A model generated the notes under the pieces. It was not told the DNA's origin. It saw only the letters and a list, made by a program, of their open reading frames with translations, and made no database searches. This document shows, piece by piece, positions 8,858-17,369 of a stretch of 32,000 nt of DNA (the first letter of the stretch is position 1; each line of letters opens with the position of its first letter). Both the position numbers and the translations under genes were made by a program. Source of the DNA: Deinococcus radiodurans R1 = ATCC 13939 = DSM 20539 (GTDB lineage Bacteria; Deinococcota; Deinococci; Deinococcales; Deinococcaceae); NCBI RefSeq assembly GCF_000008565.1, contig NC_000958.1, positions 135,432 through 167,431 on the forward strand. Reading direction: 5' to 3'.

Positions 8858-9804
8858 ACGAAAAAGGGTGCGCCCACGGCGGCCACCAACACGCCCACCG
8901 GCGTTTCGGCGGGGCGGGCAAACAAGCGGGCCCCGACGTCCGCGAGTGCCAGGAAGGCCCCGCCCAAGAGTGCGGCGAGCGGCAGGCTCCAGCGGTGGTC
9001 GGCGCCCATCAGCGCGCGCGCCAGATGAGGAATCACCAGCCCCACGAAGCCTACCGGCCCCACCACGCTCACCGACACCGACGCCAGCAGCACGCCCAGC
9101 CCGGTGACCAGCAGCGCGTCGCGCTCCGCGTCGGCGCCCAGGCTGCGGGCCACGTCCTCACCGAGGGCCAGCACGTTCAGCCGGGGCGTGAGCAGCAGCG
9201 CTCCGAACAGGCCCAGCAGCGTCGGCGGGGCCACCTGTCCCATCTGTTCCCAGGTGCGCCCCGCGACACTGCCCGCGAGCATAAACAGCGCCCCCTGAAC
9301 CCGTTCCTCCCACAGCAGTTGCAGGGTGCGGCTGCCCGCGCTCGCCAGGCTCGCCACCGCTACGCCCGCCAGCGCGAGCCGCAATGGCGTGACCCCGACA
9401 CTGCGGGCCGCCGAATACGCGGCCAGCGCCGCCACCACGCCCCCCGCGAAGGCCGCCGGCACAAAGGCCCAGGTCGGTGCCGCCGGAAAAAACACCACCA
9501 GCAGCAGCGCGGCGAACGCCCCGCCCGCCTCCACACCCAGGATGCCGGGGTCAGCGAGCGGGTTGCGCGTGACCGCCTGGAGCAGCAGCCCCGAGACGCC
9601 CAGCCCCGCCCCCGCCAGCAGCGCGACCAGCGTGCGCGGCAGCCGCAGGGTCTGCACCACCAGACTCTCGTTGGAGCCGTCGGGACGCAGCAGGACCTGC
9701 ACCGCTCGCGTGAAGGGCAAGTCGGTGGCCCCCAGCGCCAGAGAAGCAGTAAATGCCGCTGCCAGCGCCACCAGGCCCAGCAGCAGCCACAGGGGTCGGG
9801 TCAA
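8830..9804 (-). CDS. iron-siderophore ABC permease (FecCD family)
   Basis: TRNPLADPGILGVEAGGAFAA and GFVGLVIPHLARAL. TTG start in a TTGA overlap with the upstream gene stop. Confidence 0.9.
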   Translation of the reverse strand: MTRPLWLLLGLVALAAAFTASLALGATDLPFTRAVQVLLRPDGSNESLVVQTLRLPRTLVALLAGAGLGVSGLLLQAVTRNPLADPGILGVEAGGAFAALLLVVFFPAAPTWAFVPAAFAGGVVAALAAYSAARSVGVTPLRLALAGVAVASLASAGSRTLQLLWEERVQGALFMLAGSVAGRTWEQMGQVAPPTLLGLFGALLLTPRLNVLALGEDVARSLGADAERDALLVTGLGVLLASVSVSVVGPVGFVGLVIPHLARALMGADHRWSLPLAALLGGAFLALADVGARLFARPAETPVGVLVAAVGAPFFVWLARRVGR

Positions 9805-10724
9805 GGCGCTTGCCGCCAGTAACCGATGGTGTTCACGTCAGCCGCCGGAAAGCGGGCTTTCAGGGTCTTTTTCAGCGCCAGCGACGCGCCCACTTCCGCC
9901 GCGGCCCAGACCGCCGCCGGAGCAGTGCCGGGCCACCCGGCAGCGTCTTGCAAGTGATCCACCCAGGTCAGGCGGGCTTCTGGGGGCAGCGGAACCTCAT
10001 CCAGATAAGCCCGGTCGCCTGCGTCCCTGACCTGCAGCAGCACGTGAAGCGGGAAATGGTGCGGCCAGGTTTCGAGCAGGGCGGCGATGGTCGGCAGCGC
10101 GGTTTCGTCGCCGAGCAGCCAGGTTTCGCCCGCCGCGAAGTCGGGAAACAGCTCATGCCGCTCGCCACGTGCCGTGACCGTCTCACCGGGCCGCAGCTCC
10201 CTGGCCCAGCGACTGCCGGGACTGCTTTCGTGGCTGTAGATGTCCACCAGCACCCGCCCGGCGCCCACCCGGCGCAGGGTGTAGGGACGCGGCGTCTGGC
10301 CCTCGGCCACGTCAAAGCGGCAGCTGTCGCCGGGGCGCCAGTCGCTGCGGTCATCACCGTTCAGGGCGAGGGTCAGGCGGCGAAAGTGTGCGCCCACCCG
10401 CTCGTTTTTCTCCAGTTGCCAGTGGGCCACCCGGCGCGGCGGCCACACGCCGAGCCGCTTCATGGCCTCCAGAAAGGTCGCCTGCACCTGCTCTTCCAGC
10501 GTCCCCTCGCCCACGAAAGGCACGAAGGACCGCTGCCCGGCGCAGTCCACCTCGAGGCCATCGCTGAACAGCTGGCGCAGCTCGGCCCGCTCCGCCTTCC
10601 GCTGCGGCGTGAAGGCCCGCACGCAGTAGAGCAGCGCCTCGGCATGGTCGTCGTTGAGGTGCGTGATGGTGGCGCGAATCTCGTCGCCGGTGAGCGGCTG
10701 GCGAGCAGTCACAGCGCGGCTCAT
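9801..10724 (-). CDS. siderophore-interacting (ferric-reductase type) protein with an N-terminal DUF2470-like extension (307 aa)
   Basis: N-terminus [19 protein letters not shown] resembles DUF2470. The core has RPYTLRRV (FAD-binding RxYS/T-type motif) and [17 protein letters not shown] (SIP NAD(P)H-domain signature). ATGA overlap with the SBP stop. Confidence 0.75.
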   Translation of the reverse strand: MSRAVTARQPLTGDEIRATITHLNDDHAEALLYCVRAFTPQRKAERAELRQLFSDGLEVDCAGQRSFVPFVGEGTLEEQVQATFLEAMKRLGVWPPRRVAHWQLEKNERVGAHFRRLTLALNGDDRSDWRPGDSCRFDVAEGQTPRPYTLRRVGAGRVLVDIYSHESSPGSRWARELRPGETVTARGERHELFPDFAAGETWLLGDETALPTIAALLETWPHHFPLHVLLQVRDAGDRAYLDEVPLPPEARLTWVDHLQDAAGWPGTAPAAVWAAAEVGASLALKKTLKARFPAADVNTIGYWRQAP

Positions 10725-11695
10725 TTCACCTTGTCCAGCAGCAGCCGGGTCACTTCGTTGCTGTTGCGGATACTGACCAACGGCCCGGAATACGGCGCGA
10801 AGGCCTCGGGGCGGTACACGACGCTCTGGGCGCGCAACTTCTGACCCACCGGGGTCTTCAAAAAGGCGTCGGCGCCGTCGTATTTGCCGCCGGGAGGAAA
10901 CAGGACCACCAGCGTTTTCCTGTCGAGGCCGAGCAGCGCCTCGTCACTGATCTGCGCGCCCACGTTCAGGGTGGTGGCTTTGGTGTTCAGTCCGTCTTTG
11001 AAACCGAGCGCCCGCAGATCGGGAATCAGCCGGACGTTGCTGTAGACCCAGTTGTTGCCGCCCGCGAAGGGAGCGACCACGACCACCTTGTCGTATTTCT
11101 TGAACACACCCGCCGCCAGCAGCTTCCTGGCGTTGGCACGGTTCACGTCGGCCACCTGCTGGATGACTTTTTCGGCCTCCACCTGTTTGCCGAAGACTTT
11201 GGCAAGGTCGCGCAGGCCTTTTTGCCAGAAGCCCGCGCCGCCTTCTTTGTATCCGACAGTGGGCGCCACCCGGCTGAGCTTGTCGTAATTCTGGTTGCCG
11301 TCCCAGGTCAGGCGCACGATCAGGTCAGGCCTGAGCGCCGTGAGGACTTCCAAATTGGGCGCCGTCCAGCTGCCGATGTAGGCGGGGCTGTTCAGGCCGA
11401 CCCGGCCGTAAAAGCCCTCTTTGAGGACATTCGCCTTGATCTTGCCGCCCTGAACGTCCTGCGGCTCAAAGTAAGTGGAGCCGATCCCCACCACGCGGCT
11501 TTGCACGCCCAGCGCAGCCAGCCAGCCCAGCGCCTCCTCGTCCATCGCGACGACCCGCTGCGGATTTTTCTTGACAGTGGCAGTGCCTTCGTCGTGCTTG
11601 AGGGTCAGGGTGGCTGCCTGCTGCGCCAGGACGTGCCCCTGGGTGGCCGCGAAGGCGCCGAGGGCGAGGGTCAGAAAAAGGGGCTGAAACTTCAT
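10721..11695 (-). CDS. iron-siderophore ABC substrate-binding protein (Peripla_BP_2 type)
   Basis: Signal peptide [25 protein letters not shown]. Typical [17 protein letters not shown] and PDLIV blocks. It is the first gene of the 5-gene operon 11695->6996. Confidence 0.85.
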   Translation of the reverse strand: MKFQPLFLTLALGAFAATQGHVLAQQAATLTLKHDEGTATVKKNPQRVVAMDEEALGWLAALGVQSRVVGIGSTYFEPQDVQGGKIKANVLKEGFYGRVGLNSPAYIGSWTAPNLEVLTALRPDLIVRLTWDGNQNYDKLSRVAPTVGYKEGGAGFWQKGLRDLAKVFGKQVEAEKVIQQVADVNRANARKLLAAGVFKKYDKVVVVAPFAGGNNWVYSNVRLIPDLRALGFKDGLNTKATTLNVGAQISDEALLGLDRKTLVVLFPPGGKYDGADAFLKTPVGQKLRAQSVVYRPEAFAPYSGPLVSIRNSNEVTRLLLDKVK

Positions 11696-11702
11696 GGCGC
11701 TG

Positions 11703-11732
11703 ATATTGGAGTAATCCGACCAATTAAGTCAA
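11703..11732 (-). promoter_or_regulatory. candidate promoter of the iron-uptake operon (TTGACT-N18-CAATAT), implying a (near-)leaderless mRNA
   Basis: On the minus strand TTGACT is 11732-11727 and CAATAT is 11708-11703, only 7 nt before the ATG at 11695. No SD is visible. TTAAGTCAAGTTAA (11724-11737) overlaps the -35. Confidence 0.3.
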
Positions 11733-11748
11733 GTTAAAAGTGGCCCTC

Positions 11749-11767
11749 GTTGTCCATGCATGACAAC
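11749..11767. promoter_or_regulatory. quasi-palindrome GTTGTCcATGCATGACAAC upstream of the iron-uptake operon; candidate operator
   Basis: 6-bp arms GTTGTC/GACAAC around an ATGCAT core with one extra base, 54-72 nt upstream of the SBP start. Confidence 0.25.
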
Positions 11768-12037
11768 GGCGAATTTCTCAGTTTCAGTGGGTTTTCGCTC
11801 GCTCCCCTGCTTTTGAGTCGCTTTGAAAGGTCAAGCCGTCGTCTCATGACCGCGTGGCGCTTGCCGCGTCGATATGCTGTCGGCAGGATTTCTGACTTTA
11901 TAGACACAGTGACCATCGGCACTGATACCCGGTCTGAACTTTTGTAATTGTCGCGGCTCCTGAACCCTCACCAGCTCCGCCGACCGCAGACTGAAGGGAA
12001 AGCCAGCAGCTCCCGGCCAGTCTCTGTGTCGCTGGTC

Positions 12038-12605
12038 TCAGTTCGGTTGCTGGCCGTTCACTGCCTGCACGCCGCCGCGTAAAAAGGCATTGAGTTGCTC
12101 GGCCACCTCCTGCGGATCGCCCGTGGGGGTTTCACGGACCACTGTCTCGTACACCACTCCACGCAGCAACCCCGAAATCAGTGGCAGCAGGGCGTCGGAA
12201 GCCAGACGCCGACTGCCGAGTGCCCCAGCCATGCCGCCAATCATGGCGTCGTCGAAAGCCTCGCGGCGCTCACGCAGCTCTGCGCTGCCACCACACGACA
12301 AGAGTAAAAGGAGTTGCCGGTGGTTGCTAAGCACCGTGAACAGGGCACCGAAATCCATCGGCTGACCGGGGACGACCAGTGACTCGAGGTCTGGATTAAT
12401 GGCGGCCAGACGCTCGTCGAGCAGGGCTTGGAGGATCCCTTCGGTGTGGTGAAAATAGGTGTAGATGGTGGGCCGTGAGGTGCCAATTTTCTCCGCGATC
12501 ATGCCCATGGAGACGCCCTCAAAGCCGTGGCGAATAAACAGCTCACCTGCCGCGGCCAAGAATCTCGGCGCGGCGCTGGTCTCCGGGAAGGCGTGTTTTG
12601 GTCAT
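12038..12605 (-). pseudogene. TetR-family transcriptional regulator with a 1-nt frameshift in codon ~16
   Basis: The ATG at 12605 gives MTKTRLPGDQRRAEILGRGR*. The main ORF, one frame over, starts (L)AAAGELFIRHGFEGVSMGMIAEKIGTSRPTIYTYF (TetR HTH). Removing one G from CTTGGCC (~12556-12560) yields a continuous ..RRAEILAAAGELFIRHGF.. N-terminus. Confidence 0.6.
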
Positions 12606-12800
12606 AGGCTAGGAGTGTATCGGGCGCAAACCTCAACGTGACCGCGTCAAGGACCCCCTTGAACAACTTGAGAATGGCCGTTGCCTAACAAGCGACACTT
12701 CAGAGCACAGAGCAAACTGGACAGAACCTGTGATGTCCTGTTCAGGCTCACAGCTTCCTGAAAAATCCGGGGCGCCGCTCCTTCGGGACCGATTGGCCTC

Positions 12801-13013
12801 TCATTCTGCACGCGCTCTGCTGCTGGAGAGGGCCTCAGACAGCCCACGCGGATGTCTCCAAACGTTCCGGAAAATTCTGCCTGATTTGTGAGTGCCCTCC
12901 GCAGACGCTTTGAGCAGCGCGATGACCTCTCCCATACCCGCTTCCGAAAGCTGGAGTTTGTCCGGTAACAGTTCATATCCAGATTCATCGGTGTATTTCT
13001 TTCTGATCTTCAC
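12801..13013 (-). CDS. small hypothetical ORF (70 aa) in a lower-GC orphan stretch
   Basis: GTG-initiated ORF (M/V)KIRKKYTDESGYELLPDKLQLSEAGMGEVIALLK... I recognise no family, and it overlaps another ORF in a different frame. Coding status is doubtful. Confidence 0.2.
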   Translation of the reverse strand: MKIRKKYTDESGYELLPDKLQLSEAGMGEVIALLKASAEGTHKSGRIFRNVWRHPRGLSEALSSSRARAE

Positions 13014-13088
13014 GCTCTGATCCGGACGATGCCGCGTTCATTCTTGAACAGTGAGGGCGGCTTGAGCCGCTCCACAAGCCCTACACTT

Positions 13089-14402
13089 TCAGTGCAGGGG
13101 CGTTGAGTCTCCAATCCGGCGCAGGCGTACCCGCGTGATTTTCAGCTCAGAGACTTCCTCCACCGTCAGGTCGACGCCTTGGACGTGTACCGTTACACCG
13201 GAGGCAGGCACTGTTCCGGTCTGCGCCAGAATCAGTCCGGCGACGGTGGAGACATCCATACTGCCCAGCGGCAAGCCGTAATCGTCGCGCAGTTCGCTGA
13301 GGGTCACCTCGCCGTCGAGGGTCAGTGAGCCGTCCCCATTTTCCTGAATCCAGAAGCCGTCGCTCTCTTCTTCCTCGTCCATCACGTCGGCAATCAGGTC
13401 GTCCATTGTGACGAAGCCCAGTGTGCCGCCGAATTCGTCCGCCACCAGCGCCGCGTGGACCCGCTCGCGCTTGAACATCGAAAGCAGTTCTTCTGCCTTC
13501 GCGGTGGCGGCCACACTGGGCAGCGGACGCACCAAGCGGCTCAGGTCGGGAACGCGGCCCGACGCCTGCGCCCGCATGAAGTCTTTGATGTGCAGCACGC
13601 CTATGATGTGGTCGAGGTTGTCCTCAAAGACAGGGTAACGGCTGCGGGGTGAAGCAGCGATCCGGGTCGCCACGTCCTGCGACAAGGCACGCACGCTGAG
13701 CACTTCCATGCGGCTGCGCGAGGTCATCAGCTCCTCGGCGGTGCGTTCTTCCAACTCGAAGATGTTGTGAATCAAATCACGCTGCACGTCGCCCAGCTGT
13801 CCGCTGTCAGCCACTTCCTCAGTCACGATGGCGAGTTCTTTGGACGTGTACAGCGTGGCTGACTTGTCCGGTTCCGGAATACGCAGCAGCCGCATCAGCC
13901 CCAAGGCCAGGAAGTTCAGCACTGCCACGAAGGGCCGGAAAATCAGGCCGAATACCCTCATCAGCGGATTGACGCTCAGACTCATCTGCTCGGGTGCCTG
14001 CAGGGCCAGCGCCTTGGGAATCATCTCCCCAAAGACGACATGCATAAATGTGATGGAACTCAGGGCGACGACGAAGCCGACGGTATGCGCGGTGTCGTGG
14101 CTCAGCCCCCACTTTTCGAAGGGGCCATACAGCCACCTGGCGACGGCAGGCTCGCCGTACATCCCCAGACCGATACTCGCCAGCGTGATGCCGAGCTGCG
14201 CGACAGCGATGTAGCCGTCTTTTCCAGTGGGACGGTCGAAGACCCCCAGCAGCCAGCGGGCCGCGCCGTTGCCACCCTCGGCCAGGGTCTGCAAGCGGCT
14301 GCGCTTGGCCCCTACCAGGGCGAACTCAGCAGCAACGAACAGGCCGTTGAGAACGACGAGCGCCAGGATGATGACAACAGGCAAGAAGACGTTCTGCATC
14401 AT
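13089..14402 (-). CDS. CNNM/HlyC-CorC family transporter (DUF21 + CBS pair + CorC_HlyC), 437 aa
   Basis: N-terminal DUF21 membrane domain (AEFALVGAKRSRL), a CBS-pair region, and a C-terminal CorC/HlyC domain (GFVTMDDLIADVM .. TLDGEVTLSEL). Confidence 0.85.
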   Translation of the reverse strand: MMQNVFLPVVIILALVVLNGLFVAAEFALVGAKRSRLQTLAEGGNGAARWLLGVFDRPTGKDGYIAVAQLGITLASIGLGMYGEPAVARWLYGPFEKWGLSHDTAHTVGFVVALSSITFMHVVFGEMIPKALALQAPEQMSLSVNPLMRVFGLIFRPFVAVLNFLALGLMRLLRIPEPDKSATLYTSKELAIVTEEVADSGQLGDVQRDLIHNIFELEERTAEELMTSRSRMEVLSVRALSQDVATRIAASPRSRYPVFEDNLDHIIGVLHIKDFMRAQASGRVPDLSRLVRPLPSVAATAKAEELLSMFKRERVHAALVADEFGGTLGFVTMDDLIADVMDEEEESDGFWIQENGDGSLTLDGEVTLSELRDDYGLPLGSMDVSTVAGLILAQTGTVPASGVTVHVQGVDLTVEEVSELKITRVRLRRIGDSTPLH

Positions 14403-15700
14403 GCCTGGCCCCCAGGCAGGTCAGTTTCAGGCAGGTCGAAGCTCGCCCGACGGATGGCGCGGCGCTCTACCGCGTCCACGCGCAGTCGCAGGCTCGTCGG
14501 CTCGATCACGATTTCGTCGCCCACCAGCGGCAGGCGGCCCAGCTCCAGCCACAGCAGACCGCTCACGGTGTCCACCTCGTCGGTGGGCAGCTTCAGAGAG
14601 AGACGGCTGTTGAGGGTTTCGAGCAGCACGTCACCGCGCACGCTCACCCGCCCGCCGGACACGGTAATGGGTTCTTCCTCCTGGTCGAACTCGTCCTGCA
14701 GCTCGCCAAAGATTTCTTCCAGGGCGTCTTCCAGCGTCACCATGCCGATGACAGTGCCGTACTCGTTGACCACCAGGGCGCTGTGTCTGCCACTCTCGCG
14801 CAGATGCGTCCAGAGGTCGGGGACACTCATCACCTCGGCGACGATGAGGGGAGAGACCATCACGCTCGACACCGGGGCCAGCGGGGTGCGCTGCGCGGCG
14901 AGGTACAAGCGGCGCAGGTGAACCACGCCCACGATCTCGTCACCTTGCGTGACCGGGAAGCGGGAGTAGGGGCTGCCTGCCAGACTCCGCAGGGCGTCGG
15001 CTACCGGCACGTTCACTGGTACAGTAAGCAGCTTCGTCCGGGCGCTCATGATTTCGCGCACGATCCGGTTTTCCACGTTCAGCACACCTGCCAGCATGTC
15101 GCGCTCCTCGGCGTCAATCAGCCCGCCCGCCGCACTCTCGCGGTACAGGCCTTCGAGTTCTTCCGGAGAATGGATGTGGGCGTGGCTGTGGTCGGCGCTG
15201 AGTTTCAGGCCCTTCATGAGCGCGAAGGCCGTGCCGTTGAACAGCGCAATCAGCGGCGTGAACAGCCACTGGCTCAGCTGCATCGGCACCAGGGTCGCCA
15301 GCGCCAGCCGCTCGGGATAGCGCAGGGCCACCGTCTTGGGCAGCAACTCACCCAGCACGACCTGCAAGATGGTGATGAGTACCAGCACGACGAGGACGGC
15401 CACCGCCTGCCCGGCTTCTCCGAAGTAGGGCGTGAGCAGCGGGGTCAGCTGCGCTTGGCCGTAGGACCCGGCCACCAAACTGGAGAGGGTAATGCCGGTC
15501 TGGCAGGCCGCCACATAATTGTCCAGCCGCTTGGGGTCTTTGAGGATATGCAGCAGCCGGCCCGCCGCGCTATTGCCCGCTTCGGCAGCTTCCTGTACCC
15601 GGGAACGGCGCGAACCGACGGTGGCGAACTCAGCGGCGACGTAGAGGGCATTGACGGCCACCATGACCAGAATGACGAGAAGAGGCACCAGGGCGTTCAT
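14399..15700 (-). CDS. CNNM/HlyC-CorC family transporter, tandem paralogue, 433 aa
   Basis: Same domain order (AEFATVGSRRSRV .. GMVTLEDALEEIFGEL .. VSVRGDVLLETL). Its stop overlaps the downstream paralogue start (ATGA at 14399-14402). Confidence 0.85.
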   Translation of the reverse strand: MNALVPLLVILVMVAVNALYVAAEFATVGSRRSRVQEAAEAGNSAAGRLLHILKDPKRLDNYVAACQTGITLSSLVAGSYGQAQLTPLLTPYFGEAGQAVAVLVVLVLITILQVVLGELLPKTVALRYPERLALATLVPMQLSQWLFTPLIALFNGTAFALMKGLKLSADHSHAHIHSPEELEGLYRESAAGGLIDAEERDMLAGVLNVENRIVREIMSARTKLLTVPVNVPVADALRSLAGSPYSRFPVTQGDEIVGVVHLRRLYLAAQRTPLAPVSSVMVSPLIVAEVMSVPDLWTHLRESGRHSALVVNEYGTVIGMVTLEDALEEIFGELQDEFDQEEEPITVSGGRVSVRGDVLLETLNSRLSLKLPTDEVDTVSGLLWLELGRLPLVGDEIVIEPTSLRLRVDAVERRAIRRASFDLPETDLPGGQA

Positions 15701-16143
15701 GCTGACCTGCTTATAGCGAAGCTGAACCGGAAGACTGAAGTAAACAAGAATTCTCCTGAGTGTGGTCTAGAGAAAAATAGAACCGCATGTGGGAACGGCT
15801 GCCACAAGAAGTAGGCACGCTCCCGTGAGCACGGAGCGAATTCATGAACAAATGACCAGGCCAAAAACCACCAGCTGGCTTGACCGCCCTCTGTATGACG
15901 CCGACACGACCAGTTCAGATCAGGATGTGAGGGCTTCCGACGGCTGATCATGCCGTGCCGGAGCAACCTTCCCGGGAAATGGAGAGCAACATATAACAGC
16001 ACTGGGAGGTTCGTCATTGTCGATAGGCGGCGCCATCAGAAGACAAAATAACTTGAGCAGAGCAGCGAAGGCATGAGGGACGGCTTACCTTTGAGCCGCG
16101 CCACAGCAGGCAGAAAACAAGATGTCCTCTGCGCTCCAGCGGT

Positions 16144-16923
16144 TCACTCTCTCCGACTTGAATCCCCTGTGACCTCAGGCTGATGAAGCTTGACGGGCTG
16201 ATGGCCGCGAACCCGCATGTTTAGTGCCTCGACCACAACAGCGAAGCCCATGGCGAAATAGGTGTACCCCTTGGGAATCTTGAGGTGGAACCCCTCGGCC
16301 ACCAAGTTCACGCCGATCAGCAGGAGGAACGACAGCGCCAGCATCTTCACGGTGGGATGCTTCTGCACGAACTCGCCAATTGGCCTGGCCGCGAACAGCA
16401 TGATTCCGACAGTCACAATGACGGCCCAGACCATCACGCCAATATCGTCGGCCATGCCGACGGCGGTAATCACGCTGTCGAGGCTGAACACGATATCCAG
16501 CACCATAATCTGCGCGATGATGGCGGCAAAGCTGGCTGTTCCGGCTTTCAGAGGAGTGGTTTCCTGGTGATCAGGCCCTTCAAGCAGTTCGTGCATTTCC
16601 TTGACGGCTTTGTACATCAGGAAGAGGCCACCACCCAGCAGCACGAGGTCTTTTCCGGAAAAGCCCAGCCCAAAGACCTGAAACAGTTCGTTTTTGAGGC
16701 TCACCACCCAGGCAATACTGGCCAGGAGCAATAGCCGGGTGATGGCGGCAGCGAGCAGGCCGATGGTGCGGGCACGGTCACGCTGTTCGGGGGGCAGTTT
16801 GCCTGACAGGATGCTGATGAAGATGACGTTGTCGATGCCGAGGACGATCTCCAGCAGCAGCAGGGTGCCGAACGCCAACCAGGCTTCAGGTTGGGCCATC
16901 CAGGCGAAGAGGGTACCGATCAC
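16144..16923 (-). CDS. TerC-family integral membrane protein
   Basis: LEIVLGIDNVIFISIL and a second TerC repeat (VLDIVFSLDSVITAVG). I chose the GTG at 16923 because GGAG lies 5 nt upstream and the resulting N-terminus ..LFAWMAQPEAWLAFGTL resembles other TerC-family N-termini as I remember them. Alternatives are the ATG at 16899 or the longest ORF to 17058. Confidence 0.8.
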   Translation of the reverse strand: MIGTLFAWMAQPEAWLAFGTLLLLEIVLGIDNVIFISILSGKLPPEQRDRARTIGLLAAAITRLLLLASIAWVVSLKNELFQVFGLGFSGKDLVLLGGGLFLMYKAVKEMHELLEGPDHQETTPLKAGTASFAAIIAQIMVLDIVFSLDSVITAVGMADDIGVMVWAVIVTVGIMLFAARPIGEFVQKHPTVKMLALSFLLLIGVNLVAEGFHLKIPKGYTYFAMGFAVVVEALNMRVRGHQPVKLHQPEVTGDSSRRE

Positions 16924-17369
16924 GAGAACTCCAATAGGGTATGGGCAAACGTGACTCACGAAAGTCGCGCTCTGGACGTATCCGCTGAGTTCAGGGTGAG
17001 GCGGAAGCGCAGGCAGGGAAGCGTGCGTTGAAACCATCGTCCGGGAGAAGTTGTGCACGAATCATGTCGGTTGCATGAAGGACCTTCATTTGACTGTCGC
17101 GCCTCTTTCTATAGTTGGTGCGTGATTGGGCGGGTCTGATTAGATCATTTGACAAAAAGAGTGCACCGCTTTTTGACGAGCGGAGCGAGTGCAAACCAAC
17201 GAGCAGGACGGACTTGCAAAGCTGCGAAGCAGAGAATGGAGCGGGTGGCGGCGCTGTTCCGACGCACGCGTAATTCGGAGAACTGCTCTAAGCCAGGCCC
17301 CGAATCGCAAAGGAAGAGCCCGCAGTAACGGGTGTATTGGAGGAGGAATTTTAAGGCAGCAGGTACGAA

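Noticed and set aside
15701-16143. Possible riboswitch (M-box or similar) or small gene (ORF 15697-16017, minus strand) in the 440-nt leader of the CNNM genes.
   Set aside because: I found no conserved riboswitch core sequences by eye. The ORF has no SD or family resemblance and has odd composition. I treat it as intergenic.
16924-17140. Possible yybP-ykoY (Mn2+) riboswitch upstream of the TerC gene. A GGGAGAAG...GCATGAAGGACCTTC stretch superficially resembles the conserved GGGGAGUAG / AGACCUUU elements.
   Set aside because: The resemblance is on the plus strand, the wrong strand for the minus-strand TerC gene. It is too short, and I could not build the four-helix architecture. It needs an Infernal scan before any claim.
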